A stretch of 64,000 bases of DNA from an uncultured Bdellovibrionales bacterium. Lineage in GTDB: Bacteria; Patescibacteriota; Minisyncoccia; Moranbacterales; UBA1568. The DNA lies in NCBI GenBank assembly GCA_964384235.1, contig CAYLJX010000005.1:5289-69288 (forward strand). Reading direction: 5' to 3'. Positions 62,516-64,000 of the stretch are shown here, in pieces. The stretch's first letter is position 1. Each line of letters starts with the position of its first letter. The translations under genes and the position numbers were made by a program. The notes under the pieces were generated by a model that was not told the origin of the DNA, ran no database searches, and worked only from the letters and a program-made list of their open reading frames with translations.

Positions 62516-62618
62516 GCTGATATAATGAAATTGTCATGCTGAACTTGTTTCAGCATCTTTTCCGGGAAAACATTGTAAAGATTCCGAAACAAGTTCGGAA
62601 TGACGGGTCAAACGTTGT

Positions 62619-63080
62619 ATGCAAAAACACAAAGGCTTCACCCTCATCGAAATCCTCCTCGTCATCGGCATCATCGCTGTGTTGGCGGCGGTCGTCGTCG
62701 TCGCTCTCGACCCGGCCAAACGCTTTGCCGACGCCCAGAACTCACGCCGCCTCTCCGATATCCAGAGCGTCCTCTCGGCCGTGCAGCAGTACATCGTCGA
62801 CAACAAGGGCTCGCTCCCGAGCGGTCTGGAAACGACCGAGAAGCAGATCGGCACCGGCGGGAGCGGCTGCGAAGTCTACGGCGAACACTGCAACGTCAGC
62901 GTAGGAAGCTGTGTGGACCTTTCGAGCGACCTTGCCAAGTATCTCAAAGCCATGCCGTACGACCCCGTGACCGGTGCGGCCGAAGCGACCCATTACTCCA
63001 TCCAGACCGATGCTAACAATATCGTGACTGTGACCGCCTGCGATTCGACGGATGCCACCATCTCGTCCGTTTCCCGTTAA
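62619..63080 (+). CDS. pilA: Type IVa major pilin (PilA-like)
   Basis: MQKHKG|FTLIEILLVIGIIAVLAAVVVVAL is the canonical class III signal; C-terminal Cys pair. A TATAAT at 62521-62526 and two 5'UTR hairpins precede it. Confidence 0.85.
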   Translation: MQKHKGFTLIEILLVIGIIAVLAAVVVVALDPAKRFADAQNSRRLSDIQSVLSAVQQYIVDNKGSLPSGLETTEKQIGTGGSGCEVYGEHCNVSVGSCVDLSSDLAKYLKAMPYDPVTGAAEATHYSIQTDANNIVTVTACDSTDATISSVSR

Positions 63081-63091
63081 GCTCTCCCGTC

Positions 63092-64000
63092 ATGAAGGGG
63101 CTGACATTCAAAAAAATCCTCCGAACCCTCATCTCGCTTCCGGCGGGATGTTTTCTCATTTTTGCCTTTCCTGCGAGCACTAACTATCAGCTCAAGGATT
63201 TCAACTACGGCGGCGGAGGGGTGGGGAACGGCAGCTCCTCGAACTATTCTCTCATGGGGACGGCCGGAGAACAGAGCGCCGGTTCGCTCGACGGCACGAC
63301 CTATGACCTCGGTCCGGGACTGGTCTTTACCAACCAGGCTAATGTCCCGCCGGCGCCCACTTTCACCAATCCGAGCAACTACTACAACAAACTCAAAATC
63401 GTCCTCAATACAGGAAGCAACCCGAGCGATACGGTCTTTGCCATCGCGATAAGTTCCGATAACTTCGCCTCCGATACGCGCTACGTCCAGAGTGATGACA
63501 CGGTCGGATCGACGCTTGGTCTCGAGGACTACCAGACGTATACCGCCTGGGGCGGTGCGTCCGGCACCATGATCATCGGTCTTTCGGCCAACACCACCTA
63601 CACCGTCAAGGTCAAGGCCTGGCAGGGTAAGTTTACCGAGACGGGTTATGGTCCGACCGCTTCGGTCGCCACCGTCGGCGCCACGATGACCTTCGATATC
63701 GATGTCGCTCCGACGGATCAGGATAACAGCGTATCGACAACCACATTCAACAACCTGTATGCCGGAACAGTTACGGACAGCGTGGACAAGGTCTGGGTGG
63801 ACTTCATCACCAACGGCGAGAACGGCGGCAGGGTCTACGTCGTCGCCTCCAACGCCGGACTGACGAGCACCGTCGCCGCCTACACGATCAATGCGGTCAC
63901 CGGCAACCTCTCCAGCCTGAACGAAGGCTTCGGCGCGCAGAGCGATACCGCGACCAACGGCCTTTCGGAAGTGACCCTGTACGACCAGACCGGGAGCACA
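63092..64000 (+). CDS. Large secreted/cell-surface protein, 3' partial (pilus-associated?)
   Basis: Open frame from ATG 63092 to the window end, absent from the track because it has no stop; signal peptide/TM MKGLTFKKILRTLISLPAGCFLIFAFPA, then a Gly/Ser/Thr-rich beta-type region. Confidence 0.55.
   Translation, partial: MKGLTFKKILRTLISLPAGCFLIFAFPASTNYQLKDFNYGGGGVGNGSSSNYSLMGTAGEQSAGSLDGTTYDLGPGLVFTNQANVPPAPTFTNPSNYYNKLKIVLNTGSNPSDTVFAIAISSDNFASDTRYVQSDDTVGSTLGLEDYQTYTAWGGASGTMIIGLSANTTYTVKVKAWQGKFTETGYGPTASVATVGATMTFDIDVAPTDQDNSVSTTTFNNLYAGTVTDSVDKVWVDFITNGENGGRVYVVASNAGLTSTVAAYTINAVTGNLSSLNEGFGAQSDTATNGLSEVTLYDQTGST

Noticed and set aside
1-64000. CRISPR arrays, IS transposases, integrases or prophage genes
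   Set aside because: No evenly spaced direct-repeat arrays, no transposase or integrase-like ORFs and no tRNA-adjacent integration scars were seen. The repeats found are small and non-coding.

Overview
This 64 kb window is a high-GC bacterial chromosomal segment with dense coding that spans the chromosomal replication origin. Reading was by eye from the six-frame ORF track and the raw sequence; no similarity search was run.

Origin region: rpmH-rnpA-yidC-jag on the + strand diverges from dnaA-dnaN and a DUF721 (DciA-like) gene on the - strand. DnaA boxes and an AT-rich unwinding stretch sit in the dnaA-dnaN spacer.

Other recognisable housekeeping genes:
- nrdA (5' partial) and nrdB
- polA, tsaE, fpg, holA, rpsT, ruvA
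- ruvB, yebC and ruvC in a minus-strand run
- pyruvate kinase, malic enzyme, mscL, htpX/lemA
- murE-like ligase, FemAB-family transferase and PBP1A (cell wall)
- a Wzx/GT2/GT2/Wzy polysaccharide cluster
- tRNA-Ser(GGA)

Accessory and unusual content:
1. A minus-strand operon at 19584-23618 encodes a 7TM membrane protein, an ATP-grasp ligase fused to a DTGA retropepsin-type protease domain, a cyanophycin-synthetase-like ATP-grasp and a RimK-like ATP-grasp. This matches the predicted, experimentally uncharacterised peptide-modification systems built from these parts, in a compacted fused form.
2. A 1009-aa tandem-fused double GspE/PilB secretion ATPase (28179-31208).
3. A second, complete type IV pilus locus (52476-64000) with a split CHASE4/PAS sensor plus PAS histidine kinase, a lone REC, PilB, PilC, four minor pilins (two sharing an extended MDFTDLKNF leader), PilA and a large secreted protein.
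4. A cysteine-rich secreted protein (3444-4814) carrying a TrbC/VirB2-like two-helix pilin module.
5. Several families of small intergenic repeats and hairpin elements: a ~100-nt structured repeat in three copies, shorter hairpin repeats, a MITE-like inverted repeat, long AT-rich imperfect palindromes, and a perfect 15-2-15 palindrome upstream of ruvC.

The small housekeeping proteins, the pilus content and the T4SS-pilin-like gene are consistent with a Patescibacteria/CPR-like or Gram-positive-like organism. This is inference only.

ORF-track starts that use TTG/GTG or overlap promoters were trimmed to the internal ATG where the sequence supports it.
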